This document shows, one piece after another, positions 1 through 13,178 of a stretch of 64,000 bases of DNA (positions within the stretch are counted from its first letter, which is position 1; every line of letters begins with the position of its first letter). The notes beneath the pieces were generated by a model. The model ran no database searches and was not told the origin of the DNA. It saw only the letters and a program-made list of their open reading frames with translations. This DNA is from Gracilinanus agilis (taxonomy: Eukaryota). The stretch lies in the NCBI RefSeq assembly GCF_016433145.1, contig NC_058130.1:689082349-689146348 (forward strand), in the 5' to 3' direction. The position numbers and the translations under genes are program-made.

Positions 1-94
1 AGATCTTTTGGATATTGTGTTCAACTCTGGACAATAGGTTAGAAAAGATACAGAAAAATATAGTGTTTTTTCGCAGGTGACCAAAGTCAAAAAG

Positions 95-292
95 ACAGCA
101 TCACGTAGTGGGCATAGCAATATGTTTGAAACCATTTAGATCTGAGTTTGAATTCTGAATCAGATACTTGATAGCTGTATGAATCCAGGCAAGACAATTA
201 ACTTTTCTGGGCCTCAAAATACTTAATTGTAAAATGAGGTGATTGAATCTGATGATATCTAAGGACACTTTTAGCTCTTAATCTATGATTTT
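95..292 (+). mobile_element. MIR/CORE-SINE fragment
   Basis: CORE motif (gagtttgaattctg...gatacttgatagctgtatg...ggcaag...aattgtaaaatgagg) followed by a MIR3-type tail (tctaaggacacttttagctct...ctatgatt). Confidence 0.7.
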
Positions 293-829
293 ATGACTAT
301 GTCTAAAGTAAATGACCAGAGAACATCCCCTAAGAGTAGCTGTTAAAGTAACTTGTGATGTTTAACTAGAGGGAAAGAAAATTGGTAGGTGGGTGGGAAG
401 CCTGGATTATATTTATTATGCTTGACCTCAAAGGTAGAACTGGGAGTGGTTGGAAGTTTCAGAGAGTCAAATTCCAGCAGTATATTAGGAAAAATAGAAG
501 GGTGATTTTGAAAGGTAGTGGGTTGAACTTCAGTGGAGATCAAATCACCACTTGTTAAAAATGTTGTAGGCAGGATTCATGTTCAATATGGATTTAAGCA
601 GATTACCCTCTGATATCACTTCTAAAATTGATAGTCTCTAATTCTGTGATAATATAGCATCAAAAGTAAGTGGGGGAAAAAAGGAAGTGAAAAATCCAGA
701 TTATTTTAATTCTCAAATGATAAGGAATCTCTTAATCTCTGAAACATTTTATGTCACCTTGGGAGAGTTCTGATTATCAAAGTTTTCCCCCATTTACATC
801 TTCAGTATAGATTTTCCCTGACCTTTCCT

Positions 830-1130
830 TTCACTGTTCCTAGTTCTACACTTTGGGACCAACCTTAAGAAAAGTATTCTCTCTTTCATATTATTGTTCT
901 ACAAAATACATAGAGATAGAAATCATATATCTGTCCCAACATCCATTTATATGTCTTCCCCCATATCTTTCCTTCTCTAGACTAAAAATCCATAGTTCCT
1001 TCGAAACCAATGAATGGAAAGACATGATTGGTTTTTTTTTTCTGTCAGAGACAGTTGAGGATATTAGTGTGGTCATATATGAAAGATATACTCATGAGAA
1101 GATGATCAGGTCACTATCTGTGTTTTAGTG
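830..1130 (-). mobile_element. L3/CR1 LINE fragment
   Basis: Degenerate match to the reverse strand of the CR1/L3 3' region (cttccttctctagactaaaaatccatagttcc); boundaries approximate. Confidence 0.45.
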
Positions 1131-2002
1131 TTTCCTTCAGTTCATATTTCTGCCTACCAATTTCATCCTGCTATTTATTTTTCCTTCCACTAAAGTTTCT
1201 CATGCCAAGGCAAATCAGAACTTTCTATAAATGTTTGAACCCTACATCCAGAAAATCGAACCCACAGCTACAAATGTTGAAATCTATTAAACAGATCTCA
1301 GAAAGAAAACAAAGAAATACAACCCCCGGCATATTGTGATCCAAAGAAAAAGCAATTACCAGAAATGAATGTTGGTTCAGGACCACTTCCTTCATTGCAA
1401 AGTAAAATGGGCCATGGCCATCTCCCCCAGTGCATGATGATCACACCCAAGTGGTGAATGACATTAGACTGCTGCCATCTTTCACTCTCTTGATTGATGA
1501 GTGATGCCATTTGAATGGAAAAGCCATGGCTGATGGGGCACATTAAATGTTCATCTGACCAAGCAGAACTTCCTATTAAAATGTGAGGCTATTTGTGTTG
1601 GACATGTCAAACCAGAGATAGAGAGTGTATTGGTCTGTCTTAGATAGGTGCAAATATGTGCAATTGATGCTCAATAGCCTATTCAAACCTTATTTTCTAT
1701 CTATCTCTTACCTGTGGTTGTAATGTTTTAGATCAGTTGCAGTTTGCTTAGTATTGAATAAATACAAATTCTTATCCTAAAGAAAAAAATAAAATTAAAG
1801 CTGTTGGAAAGAAAAGAATGAAGTTTTCTAACAGGAAACTGAGTACTTTTGAAGGCTACAAATCAATATGACTATTTTTACCATAAAACTGAAAAAAAAA
1901 CAATTTAGGTATGTCTTCTCTGTCCTACTACTATAAGACTAACTTTCTTGACATCAGGAAAATGCAGTGTTGAGTTTTTGTTCTCTTCCACTGCCTAATA
2001 GA

Positions 2003-2238
2003 AAACTAGGTGGCACAGTAGATAGGATATTGGCTTAGTCGAGCAGACTGATTTAAAATAGCTATGTGACCATGGGTAAGTTATCTAACCTCAGTTTCCT
2101 TAACCGTAAAATGGGGAGTAATAGTGACACCTATCTCACAAAACATTGTGAGAATCAAATGTAATGATATTTGTAAAGCATTAAGCACACCTAGAACATA
2201 GTAGTTGTTCAATAAACACTTATGCTCTCCCTTCCCTT
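2003..2238 (+). mobile_element. MIR SINE, near full length
   Basis: tRNA-like head (ctaggtggcacagtagatagg), CORE (gctatgtgaccatgggtaagtt...cctcagtttcc...gtaaaatgggg) and L2-like tail (gtaaagcattaagcacacc...catagtag...caataaacac). Confidence 0.8.
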
Positions 2239-2406
2239 AATAATATAAGCTATTAAACATTTGAGATCATTAGTAAATGAAGGATAAATAAATTAAATAA
2301 TAAGCAAATTGATAGTATTTATTCATTGAGGAGAGGAGAGATGATCACTGTCTTTATATAAATGCATTATAACTATCTTATACAGATGGCAGATGTAGAA
2401 CTACTG

Positions 2407-3117
2407 TGTAAAAGAGAATTCTTAATCCCTTTCTCTAATTTAACTGGGGACATGGAGGTGCTTTTGCCATAGAGATGTGTAAGATATACCAGCCCACACT
2501 GAAAGGAAATAGAAGCCAGACAGACAGGAAGTGAGGTAGAAAAAAGGTATGAAAGGTTGTCAGTTGCTGACAGTTAGGGCTGGCAGTTGCAGGGAAGTTG
2601 GCTGCTGTGAGTTGTTGGGTTGGTGGTTGGCATTTAGTTGCTAGAATATAAAGGCGAGCCTGAGCTTACTGAGAGGGTTTTATGACTTTAGCCTTTAGAG
2701 GACTTTTTGACCTTTTCTGGTTTGGGAGTTGGCTGATCTTTGTTGACAGACCTAATTAGGGTTAAATTAAATACTGATTGGGTTAGAACTTTGTGTGGTG
2801 GTTTTTAGTTAAAGGTAGATATAGGCAATCATTAGGTGGTAATTATAGGTAGTTATAGGATAACTAGTATAGACATTAGGAAATTTTCTTTCTCTACCTC
2901 TTTCCTATATTTCTCTTCTTTACTATATTCATTTACTATATTCTTTTATTATCTCTATTTTAACTAAACTAAATTGTTAATTGTTAAAAGCTATTAGAAG
3001 TTTTCTTTTCTCTGGCTTAAAGAGATAATATTAATTAACAGCTTTACTATATTCTTATTAAAACTTTGTTAAAAGCTGCTCTCTTATTTTGTCAAACCCC
3101 CTATTTTAACCCTTACA
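2407..3117 (+). mobile_element. Solo LTR of an endogenous retrovirus (711 bp)
   Basis: Starts TGTAA and ends TTACA (inverted termini). Flanked by 4-bp direct repeat ACTG (2403-2406, 3118-3121). TATA-like AATATAAAGG near 2646 and ATTAAA near 3057. Confidence 0.85.
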
Positions 3118-5448
3118 ACTGGATGATTGTCAAGAAAATGGCTAATTTTGGCCCAATATTATGAAAGAGGGTGGGGGCAGGGAGAACTTACTCAAAATCT
3201 GAGCTTCTCCACAATGGAATGGGCTATTTCCATTGATGGGGTAATGAGTCATGCAATAACTGCGTTAAGTGTGGGATAGAAGTGGAATAAAGAAGATAGT
3301 CCCTGATCTCACAAAACTTATATTCTAACAACTTATATAGGAAATTACAAATGCAAGACAGACAGGAATATCCACAGGACTTTGGGTGGTAGTGGCAAAG
3401 CAGATAGCAATTAATATCCTTTAATAACATTTTCACTGATCAAATAGTATTGATTTTTAATGTTGAACAGTTTGACAGTACCAGGAACTTTGGTAATGAG
3501 AACTTTTCTTTTTGGGATTTCAGTAACTGTGGTTCCTGAGGAAATGGACTACAAAACCTTTAAAACCTTCAGAGTTAGTCACACGGGTTGTTCTCCCTCT
3601 CTAATGGCTGTGGAGGCTGAGCAGCAAGCAGGCCTGATGGTCTAGGAGATAGTACCACTCCTGGGGTTCTTGGATTCTGAATCTTTTGCTACTACTACTG
3701 GGATCATAGAGGCATTGTTGATCAAAATGGTGGGAAAGGTATGACCTCACTGGCACATAATACCTTCCGTCTCTCTTTTAGAATACTTTCTTGTTTTATC
3801 TAGGCAAGTCTACTATCCTCATTGATAATAGTTGGCAATAGCTGGAGTTTATCACAGCAAAGGATGGAGGTCCCCACAAAATACATTCTTCTGTGTCACA
3901 GGGAAAAAAAGAAAGTTTGGACTAGATGGTTTCTGAGATCCCTTTGAAATGAGATCCTGTTTTCCATAAATAACATTAACCATGAATCTTAAATCTTAGT
4001 TTTATTGATATATTTTTACATCACCTAAATTTTTCTCATATTCTTCTCTCTCTACTTACTGGAGAAATATCCCTTTTAATAAATAATTTAATAACTAACA
4101 TTTATTTAGCACTTCAAAATTTATAGGTCCTTTGCATATATTGTTTGATCTCCATTTGAATAAATTTTGTGTTGATCAATGACAGGCCAGATGAATTCAA
4201 AGATTTTAACTCAACAAGTTTAATCTGCTAGCATTGTTTGTGATGGACTAGAGGGAGAAAGTCATTAGAAGTGAGAATGAAGATTGGATACTATTTCTAC
4301 AAGTAAGGCGATGAGGATCATTGGCCAGGGGTATGAGGAAGAAGACACAATATTTTTTATATAACAGTGACCTAGGAAATATTTTTGAATGAATGAATGT
4401 TGACCCAAAATGTTGCGAGAATCATATAGAAGATTGTAGTAGATTACTATGCCCCGTTTAAAAAAAAGTAAGGGTTCACTGAGTGGGATCATAGATCTCA
4501 TAACATTTCTTCCCTTTATTAAAGTTAGATCTCCTTCAGGAGAACTATGAGAAAAAGAGAGCAAACTGTCAGTTGATAAAGGTTCTAAAAGATCAGGTTT
4601 ATGTTAAAGAGAAAGTTTCAGTCTCTTTCCATGAGAAATCTAATTCTTCCTGAAGGCCAAGGGTCAGATGTTTGGGGGAAATAAAGAAAGAAAATCTGAC
4701 ATTTGCAATCACCATCAGGTTTAAAAAAAATCAAAAATCACCTAAAAACAACCCCCATATTGAAGCACACAGATTTTGATGTGATTTAGCAAGAGTATTC
4801 TGAGTGATACTTTTCTGTTTTTATTAATCCACAGTTAATAGAAGAATCAGGCCCAAGATTTCTGGGGAAAGAAAAGTTAGTTCTTTCTGTGTTTTCCCAA
4901 CATAGCAGGTGAATTGATCTCTACCTACTGACATCCTTTCTGGATCTCAAAATCCACTTCAAACAAAGACTTCTTTAATTCTTACAATCTGTAAGTAATC
5001 ATTTCCTTGTCTGATCTCCTTGCTTCTCCTAATTTCCATTGACACTATATTTTTTGAACACATGAATGAGCTCCTTTACTTGACTGAGGAGTACTGGATT
5101 TTGAATGAGAGAACTTGGGTTCAAATTCCTGCTACATATTGAGTTTAAGCAAGTCATTATTTTTCTTGGATTTAGCTTTCTTTTTCTTTTTCTTTAGGGA
5201 AGTATGTTTAATTTTCATGTTTCAATTTCAAACATAGTTCATAGTTTTATAGATATATGTATATATATATGTAAGTATAATAGATTTATTATATCATTCT
5301 TCATATGGATCTTGATAGAGGTTGCCTTTTCATAAGGGCATCCTACTTCCCTCCAGATCCTGTAAATAAATTGAGGCTGAGCAAGGATCCATATCCTAAC
5401 TTCTTTCAGTCATCATAGGGATTGTAGGAATTTGAATAAACTTTGAGT

Positions 5449-5501
5449 TGTATGACAGGCCTGACTGATTGGGACTTACTTGGGGAGTGGGGTGGTTGTG
5501 G

Positions 5502-5554
<53 letters not shown>

Positions 5555-6080
5555 GAAGTGCCCAGGTCAGAATTTCTTTCCTATGTTCTACAAGGGGTTA
5601 GGACCCAAGAAGCCAATCTTTTCACACTTTGGTTTGGCAGTGGGACATTCGAGGTGAGAATTATCAGATGAGGACATTTGGAATAGAGTTCCAAAGAGAT
5701 CAGCCTAGGCTGAGACAAGTACTATAGGGCAATAGTTACCTCAGATCCTCATTGTAATGGGGGAATGCAGAACACATAGTTCAAGTAGTAGCTACTTTGA
5801 AGCTGACATCATGGAGATGTCAGATAAGATCTGAGTGTCTACAAGGATAGTAGCCATTGTCCTTCAAGGGTAAATGCCAACTCCATGGATTCTGGGCTTC
5901 TTGGGAAGTCTATGACTGAGTCTCCTCTCTAGCCCAGGGATTGCAACCTCTTCCATTGGTCATTCTCTTAACAGAATTGGGGCTCGTTCTATAAATTATA
6001 TGCTTTTTTCCCTTAAATGTTGTATATATCCTGCCTGCTTCCCTGTTTTGCACGATTACAAGCAATAAAATTTGAGACAC
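5449..6080 (+). mobile_element. Probable LTR, degraded, with internal (GT)n
   Basis: TG start, TATA-like tgtatatatcc near 6021 and AATAAA near 6064 in LTR-like order; no clear TSD. Confidence 0.4.
5506..5552. repeat. (GT)n microsatellite
   Basis: Direct reading of a pure GT run. Confidence 0.95.
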
Positions 6081-6439
6081 TTGAAGTTGATAAAGCCCTT
6101 AATTTTCTCTTGTACAAAATTGGACTAAATGACCATTAAAGATTTTTTCTTATTCATATGTTTTGTCAAAGTTGTCTTTGTTTGGTTATCTGACCCAACC
6201 CAGACTCTAGAAACATGTTTTGTAGGTGGTTGTTGAATGAATGTAGAGATAAAGAAAAATTCTCAGTACTTCTGGTATCTGTCAATCAGGAGGAGTGGGT
6301 TGGGGAGGGGAGTATTTCTTTCCTAATTCTCTTTCCTAAGCCAAATACTAAAGGCAATAAATTATGCAATCCACAGAGTTAAATTTTTGGATATCAACAG
6401 TTTATAACTGATTATCTCAAAATCATGTGACATGAAGAT

Positions 6440-6760
6440 TGGTTGAACAAAGTAAGAGTATTTAGCCAGAAGAATGTAAGACATGGGTGAAGCATGACAA
6501 TTATTTTTAGGTATTTGAAGTATTATCATCTGGAAGTGAAAATAGATTTGTCTACTTGTTCCCAAAGGACAGGTCCAGAAACAATGGTTTGTAGTTGAAA
6601 AGATGGGTATTTTGACTTAAATGTAAGGAAAAACATGCTGAAAAGATGAGATAACCTAATAAGTGGCTGCCTTCAGGATTTAATACATATCCTCCAATGA
6701 AATGCTTCAAACAAAACGTGATGGTCATTGGAAATAAATGCTATAGAGTTGATACTTTTT
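6440..6760 (+). mobile_element. L3/CR1 3' end fragment
   Basis: Degenerate CR1 C-terminal segment (agtatttagccagaagaatgtaagac...aggtatttgaag...aatgtaaggaaaaac). Confidence 0.6.
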
Positions 6761-6783
6761 GGGCTAAGAATTGATATTACTTT

Positions 6784-6978
6784 TTTAATTAATTAATTTT
6801 TTAAAACTCTTAACTTCTGTGTATTGGCTTCTAGGCAGAAGAGTGGTAAGGGTAGGCAATGGGGGTCAAGTGACTTGCCCAGGGTCACACAGCTGGGAAG
6901 TGTCTGAAGCCAGATTTGAATCTAGGACCTCCCGTCTCTAGGCCTGACTCTCAATCCACCGAGCTACCCAGCTGCCCC
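6784..6978 (-). mobile_element. SINE1_Mdo-type SINE
   Basis: Reverse complement of ggggcagctgggtagctcggtggattgagagtcaggcctagagacgggagg..., with T-rich tail. Perfect 13-bp TSD ttgatattacttt (6771-6783, 6979-6991). Confidence 0.92.
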
Positions 6979-7467
6979 TTGATATTACTTTATTTAACCT
7001 CTGAATTTAGAATTCGGAGATCCAAAAATTCTGAGACAATGTCCAAAGTACGTGGCTAGGGAAAGAAAGGAGATGAGTTTTTATTCTAAAATTCCCTGAA
7101 AAAGGTAGTATATGGAAAGAAAGTGAGAAAATGGGTATTAAATGAATGGCTTCAATAGTTCTGGCATATTAGAGTTTATCTTCTTTTGAAGCTTTATGAT
7201 GAGGTCATGGCTATAAGCTAAACATCTGCCCGCATGGCCCATTGATTTCCTTTTATTCAGCAATTCTTTCCCCAACTGAATAGCCTACAGATGATGTTAG
7301 GTAGCAATAACTTATCACACAGTGCAGACTAGGCTAAGAATAGAAGGATTCACAAGAAATGAAAAATTGTCACTACTTTAAAAAAGGGAGCCCACTGGAT
7401 ATAATAGTCCAAAGAATCCAGATATTATAGGGGAGGAATGCATTATTACATGAAAGGAAAGGCATTC

Positions 7468-7618
7468 TGTTGTTGTTCACTCATTTCAGTCATGCCTGAC
7501 TCTCTGTGAACGGATTTGGGATTTTCTTGGCAGAGATAGTAGGGTACTTTGCTATATCCTTCTCCAGTTCATTTTAAAGATGAGGAAATTGAGGCAAATA
7601 GGGTTAAGTGACTTGAAT
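7468..7618 (-). mobile_element. Mar1-type CORE-SINE, 3' half
   Basis: RTE-type tail in reverse (gttgttgttcactcatttcagtcatgcctgactc...ttttcttggcagagata) joined to CORE (gaggaaattgaggcaaatagggttaagtgacttg). Confidence 0.8.
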
Positions 7619-8044
7619 ACTACATGATGTAATAGTCCATTAAAATTAGAATCAGGAGACTTGAGTTTGAAACTTTGCCTCACTTTTTTTTCTTTTTTTG
7701 TCAACAAAAGCGGCCCAATGTTTCACAGTATATCCCCTAGACTAGAAATTAGAAACCCTGAGTCTCATCTGTAAAATGTCTTTACTAGCTGATAGGAGAA
7801 TGTGAGGCTAGCAAGATGAAATTGAAGGTTCAATTTAAATATGAGCTATGATTGGTATAAATCAACCAACAGCCAAGACTTCCCATTTCTTTCTCCAATA
7901 GCCTTTGGATTCTGTTCCATTTTAATTTTCACACTTTGATTACTATGGAAATCTGGAACAAAGCTTTGGAGAGGCAGATTATGATTCTGGTCAGGGAAAA
8001 CAAACTTCCTAACAGTTAAAATGAAATAAACTACCTTAGGAGGC

Positions 8045-8745
8045 CATTCATTCATTCATTCAAAACACATTTATTAAGTAACTACAATCTGGCAGCTACT
8101 GTGCTTGGTGCTGGGAACAGAGGGAAAAAAAAAACCAAGATAGTTCTTTTCCCCATGGAATTATTACTGAAGGATAAAAGCTAGGAAGAGGGAAGGAGTG
8201 GGGAAGTGGGACACTACAAAATGTACAAAGAAAATAAAACACAAAATGTGTGCAAAGTGATATGAGAGAGCAAAAACAAATTGTTGGATCAAGACCTGTA
8301 AGACTCCTGTAAGAAATAACACTTGCACTGAGTCTTGAAAAAAGGCACAGGGCTATAAGGTATAAATGAGGAAATCACTGGCACTAATTTCTATAATGGT
8401 AGGGAGACAGAAGGTGACTCACAATGTATGAGGAACATGAAGTAGAGCAGTTAGCAAGTTACATAGCATGCCTTATGCAATAGGCCTGAAAAGAATCTAT
8501 TTGAACCTGAGAGTGAAGGACTTTTAAAGTTAGATATTTTCCTCTTAGGTATATATCTTTTTGGAAGTTGGGTACGGGATAGACTGGAGGAGGTCAGGAT
8601 TGGTGGCAGGTAGAATAATAAGGATGCTGTTGAAAAAATCCAGGCCCAAATAAGGTCCTAAAGAAGAGTAAAGGACGTGTAATTTGATAGAAGAGGAAGG
8701 ATGTGAATGATATAACTGAAACAGAATCCATAACAATTCTCAAAT
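8045..8745 (-). mobile_element. L2 LINE fragment
   Basis: L2 3' tail in reverse (cattcattcattcattcaaaacacatttattaag...actgtgcttggtgctggg) followed by purine-rich L2 antisense body. Confidence 0.65.
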
Positions 8746-8768
8746 GCCTGAATAGCTACCATTGATAC

Positions 8769-9045
8769 TGTGAAGATGGGATTAACTCTCCCCTAGCTTT
8801 TTTAGATTTTAGCCAGCAGGAATGTATACACCCCACTTAAGCCTCAAATGGAGGGAGGGAGAGGAGGTCTATGACCCACATGTGCTATAGTAGGTGACAA
8901 ATTAAAACCAACTGACTGCCCCTGGCCAGTCCAAAGCAAAGCTAAAGCTGCAATTGGTCCACATAAAGTGGAAGGAAGGCACAGGAAGTGATGCAAAGAA
9001 CTGTGTTTAAAAATGGTGGTAACTTCCTGTAACCAGATTTTTCTC
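8769..9045 (+). mobile_element. LTR fragment
   Basis: TG start; acaggaagtg motif shared with the solo LTR at 2407; TATA-like tttaaaa; 3' end not seen. Confidence 0.45.
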
Positions 9046-9812
9046 CTTTGAACAATTTACTAACAAATATAGCCTTTACTATGTGCCAGGCACCATATTA
9101 AACTTACAATTTCTTATCCGATCTTACAATTGTCCTGAGAAGTAGTTTCTATTTTTATCTCCATTATGCAGATGAAATCCAGGACTGAATAAGATTTAAG
9201 TAATTTGCTCATGATCATCTAGTTAATTTCTAAGATGGGATATAAACCTGAGTCTTCCTAATTCCATGTTCACTACTCTATCTTCTATGTAATGTTTTCT
9301 CCTTGAATATCAGGAGTAACTGTTGATGAAGATTTAAGAACTATTTAAGAACTGAGAATTCAAACCTAGATGAATGGAAAGAAGGATATAAGAAAGCTAC
9401 GAATAAGGTACCAGGGCAGAGAACAGAAGGAATAACAACTTCTTGTTCCTGGAAACTATGCTTCTCAATGCAGCCCAAGATGACATTAGCTTTTTTGGTT
9501 GCAATATCATATTTTTGCAATATGACATATATTAATTGACAAGTTCTTCCCCAACCTCTATTTTAGAAGGCATTCTCCTTAGCCATCATGTTCTCTTCAA
9601 AACTGAACGGGCCCATGGTTCCTCAGACCCCTTCTAAATCTTGCCATATATAGATATTTTCTTCTTCCCAATTCTACCATATACCCCTTTCAGTTCCCTT
9701 TTAAATCTTGCTTTCTCCTACCATCACCTATGCTCCTCAGATAGGGGTTAACTATTTCTTACTCTTATTTGTATTCATAGTTTAGCATAATGCCTATCTA
9801 GTACAATATTTC

Positions 9813-9813
<1 letters not shown>

Positions 9814-9846
<33 letters not shown>

Positions 9847-9890
9847 AATCTATCCATGCATCCATCTATTAATCTATCTATCTACCTATC
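9814..9890. repeat. (TATC)n microsatellite, imperfect
   Basis: Direct reading. Confidence 0.9.
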
Positions 9891-11089
9891 TGAGTTTTTA
9901 GTCTGCTAAAGACCTATGGTCTTTTTGTCAGATAAATGGCTAATTAATCTTATGTTTTTCTCAAATCTTAGACTTATTGTTGCAAAGGACATTTTATTGA
10001 GACCCAGAAAATTTTGTCTATAAATCAAAATATATTTGTGACTTGTGCAGACTCGGGGAATCTTCAACTTCTTTGGGCCTGTTTTTCCTAATATAAATAT
10101 GGGTCATCCTGTATTTGCATTAGATTTATTTCTAATTGCATGGCACAGAATTATTTCAATGATGAAATGAAATGTCTTTAGAGTTCATTTGGATAATAAG
10201 TGGTTTCAAAGTGAATTGTTACTACTAGTATCATTATTAGAGTTTATAAAAAGATATATGCATGTATTATCCTATAAATTATACATACACATGTATGCAT
10301 ACATGTACACATACATGGATATGTGAATATACACACATATATACAGATATGGATATACATACAATATTTATATTTATATTTATTTATTACATGCCATGCC
10401 ATAACATAACACCTAATAATACTACATGCCCAATTTCGGAGGGTTTGGGGGGGTCAATTGTAAATAAAAACAAATAACCAAAAAAAAAATCTTGGGACCA
10501 GGATAGGAAAACTCATTGCTTCAAATAATTGTAAAATGGCAAGATGAGTTGCTGTGTGGAATACATACTGCACTCCCTTCTTTAGCCGGTAAGAGAATTA
10601 TCTGAGTAGAAAGACATGTAGTAAGTGGTCTTCAAATATTTATTTGTTTTCCCACATTAAGACACCAATTAGCCATAAGTCAGTCTCATCATTCCATTAA
10701 ATCTTTCTCCCTTTGGCTACACCTAGGATTCTCTTGCTCAAGGGAAAATTAATATAGGATGGGTTTGCCAGGTTTAATCTAATCTTTTATATTAAAAAAA
10801 TTCCATTAAAGGAGGGAAAAGAATGAAGTATTCATACCACACCCCAGTATCATAGTCTTTTAGTTCCTCTGGAGAAATACATGTACAGCTTCCTTAATAG
10901 AAGGGAAATGGAATCATTTCATTTCTACCCCCATCCCCATTAGAGATATTATAGCAAAAGCTAGATGAAGGCTTGTGAGGGTTGTTATGAAGGGTTCTTT
11001 CTCAGTCACTCAGAGGACTAAATAATCTCTGAAGTTTCTTTCCTCAGACTCTGGGAGTTCGATTTTGATTCAGTTGTTTTTGGAAATTT

Positions 11090-11600
11090 TAGATGTTACA
11101 TGGATTCAGCCTTTGAGCCCTATTCTTCTAATGACACACCTAATTCTTTTTCCATTAACAATTCAGAGAATCTACAAATGGAAAGGGGGTATATGTTGTC
11201 CAAGGCAAGGCAGAGTTCCTTCTACAATATACCTGATAAATAGTCATCGAGCCTTAGTTTAAAGATGTCCACAAAAAAGTTAACCAACCATCTTATACTC
11301 TTTAGGATTTCTCTAATTGGGAAGATTTCCTTAGGGCACATCTAAATATGCATCCTTGCAACTTCAGCCCATAGTTCTTAGTTCTACCCTCTTGGGCCAG
11401 TCAAAATAAATCTAATTTCTCTTCCAAGTGGCAGAACTTCAAATAGTTGAAGACAGCTATCATGCCTGTGTTCTACAAATTCTCTAATCTCTAAGATAAC
11501 TACCCTAATTCCTTCAACTATTCCTCATGTGCCATGTTCTTGGGTCCCTTCACCTCTGGATATCCTCCACTTTAATCAATTTTATTTCCTAAAATGTGGT
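11090..11600 (-). mobile_element. L3/CR1 fragment
   Basis: Antisense CR1 motifs (ctctaattgggaagatttcc, cttcaaatagttgaagacagctatcatg, ttcctaaaatgtggt). Confidence 0.55.
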
Positions 11601-11604
11601 ACTT

Positions 11605-12662
11605 TTTATTAATTTAATTTTATTGATTAAGAAAAATTTTCCATGCCTACATGATTCATGTTCACATGATTCATTTTCTTTCCCTTCCCTCCACCCCCTC
11701 CCCCATAGCCAATGTACAATTCCACTGGATTGTACATGTGTTATTGATCAAGACCTTTTTCCATATTATTTATAGTTGTACTGGGGTGATCATTTAGAAT
11801 CTACATCCCCAATCATATCCCCATTGACCCATGTAATCAAGCAGTTGTTTTTCTTCTGTTTTTCTGCTCCCACAATTCTTTCTCTGGACGTGGATAGTGT
11901 TCTTTCTCATAAGTCCATCAGAATTGTCCTGGATCCTTGCATTGCTGCTATTACAGAAGTCCGTTATGTTTGATTGTACCACAGTGTATCCGTCTCTGTG
12001 TACAATTTTCTCCGGGTTCTGCTCCTTTCATTTTGTATCAGTTCCTGGAGGTTATTCCACTTCACATGGAATTCCTCCAGTTCATTATTCCTTGGAGCAC
12101 AATAGTATTCCATCACCAACAGATACCACAATTTATTCGACCATTACCCAATCGAAGGGCATCCCTTCATTTTCCAATTTTTTGCCACCACAAAGAGCGT
12201 GGCTATAAATATTTTTGTGCAAGTCTTTTTCCTTATGTTCTCTTTGGGGTATACACCCAGCAATGGCATGGCTGGATCAAACAGCAGGCAGTCTTTTAGC
12301 ACCCTTTGAGCATAGTTCCAGATTGCCATCCAGAATGGTTGGATCAATTCACAATTTCACCAGCAATGCATTAATGTCCCTATTTTGCCACATCCCATCC
12401 AACATTTATTACTTTCCTTTGCTGTCATGTTAGCCAATCTACTTCTTGTGAGGTGGTACTTCAGAGTTATTTTGATTTGCATTTCTTTGATTATAAGAGA
12501 TTTAGAACACATTCTCATATGCTTAGTGATAATTTTGATTTCTTTATCTGAAAATTGCCTATTCATGTCCCTTGCCCATTTATCAATTGGGGAATGGCTT
12601 GATTTTTTGTACAATTGATTTAGCCCCTTATATATTTCAGTAATCGGACCTTTGACAGAGGT
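11605..12662 (-). mobile_element. L1 LINE 3' fragment (ORF2 C-terminus plus 3'UTR)
   Basis: Minus-strand ORFs give NKCWMGCGKIGTLMHCW and IQPFWMAIWNYAQRVLKDCLLFDPAMPLLGVYPKE, the L1 ORF2 cysteine-rich region; T-rich tail near 11605. Confidence 0.92.
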
Positions 12663-13138
12663 TATAACTGGAGACAATACTCTACTTGAGATCTGACCAA
12701 CCTAACCAATTGAGATCTAACAGCAAGTACAGTTAGATTATCAACTTCCTCTTTGTTACTGTAGACAATATGTCTCTGTTCCCTATCTCTTATTGTGCAT
12801 TTCTGCCCCTTTCTTTGTTTCTCTCTGTCCCTCTGTATTTATCTCTCTGCCTCTTTTTCTGTTTGTGTCTATCTTGTGTACACATGTATAGTTAGAGAAT
12901 TTTGTACCTTTTCGACTACGTTCCCCAGATATTCCTTTCACCTCCCAGCGTCCTTTTCCCTGCACCTCCAAGTTTGCATGGTCACATTTTGTTTATAAGT
13001 TCTGTAACTCTGGCCCCTGGCTTTCTCTTTTCTCTCATGACCTGGCTGGGTTAGCTGACTTTTTTTTACTTTAGTTATTATTAATAAACTTTATAACATA
13101 TGATACTTAGTTATTGTATATTAATTTTAATCTTTACA
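12663..13138 (+). mobile_element. Probable solo LTR
   Basis: TA(TG)TAAC start, ends CTTTACA, TATA-like tttataag near 12994, AATAAA near 13083; no TSD recovered. Confidence 0.55.
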
Positions 13139-13178
13139 TGCACACACAAACACACATAAAAAAAAAACCCAAAAAAAC

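Noticed and set aside
11776-12618. Overlapping plus-strand ORFs of 65-120 aa, with look-alikes at 32891-33323 and 57727-58260
   Set aside because: They are antisense readings of the L1 ORF2 end and 3'UTR. Their mutual similarity reflects independent L1 insertions, two with their own TSDs, not a gene family or segmental duplication.
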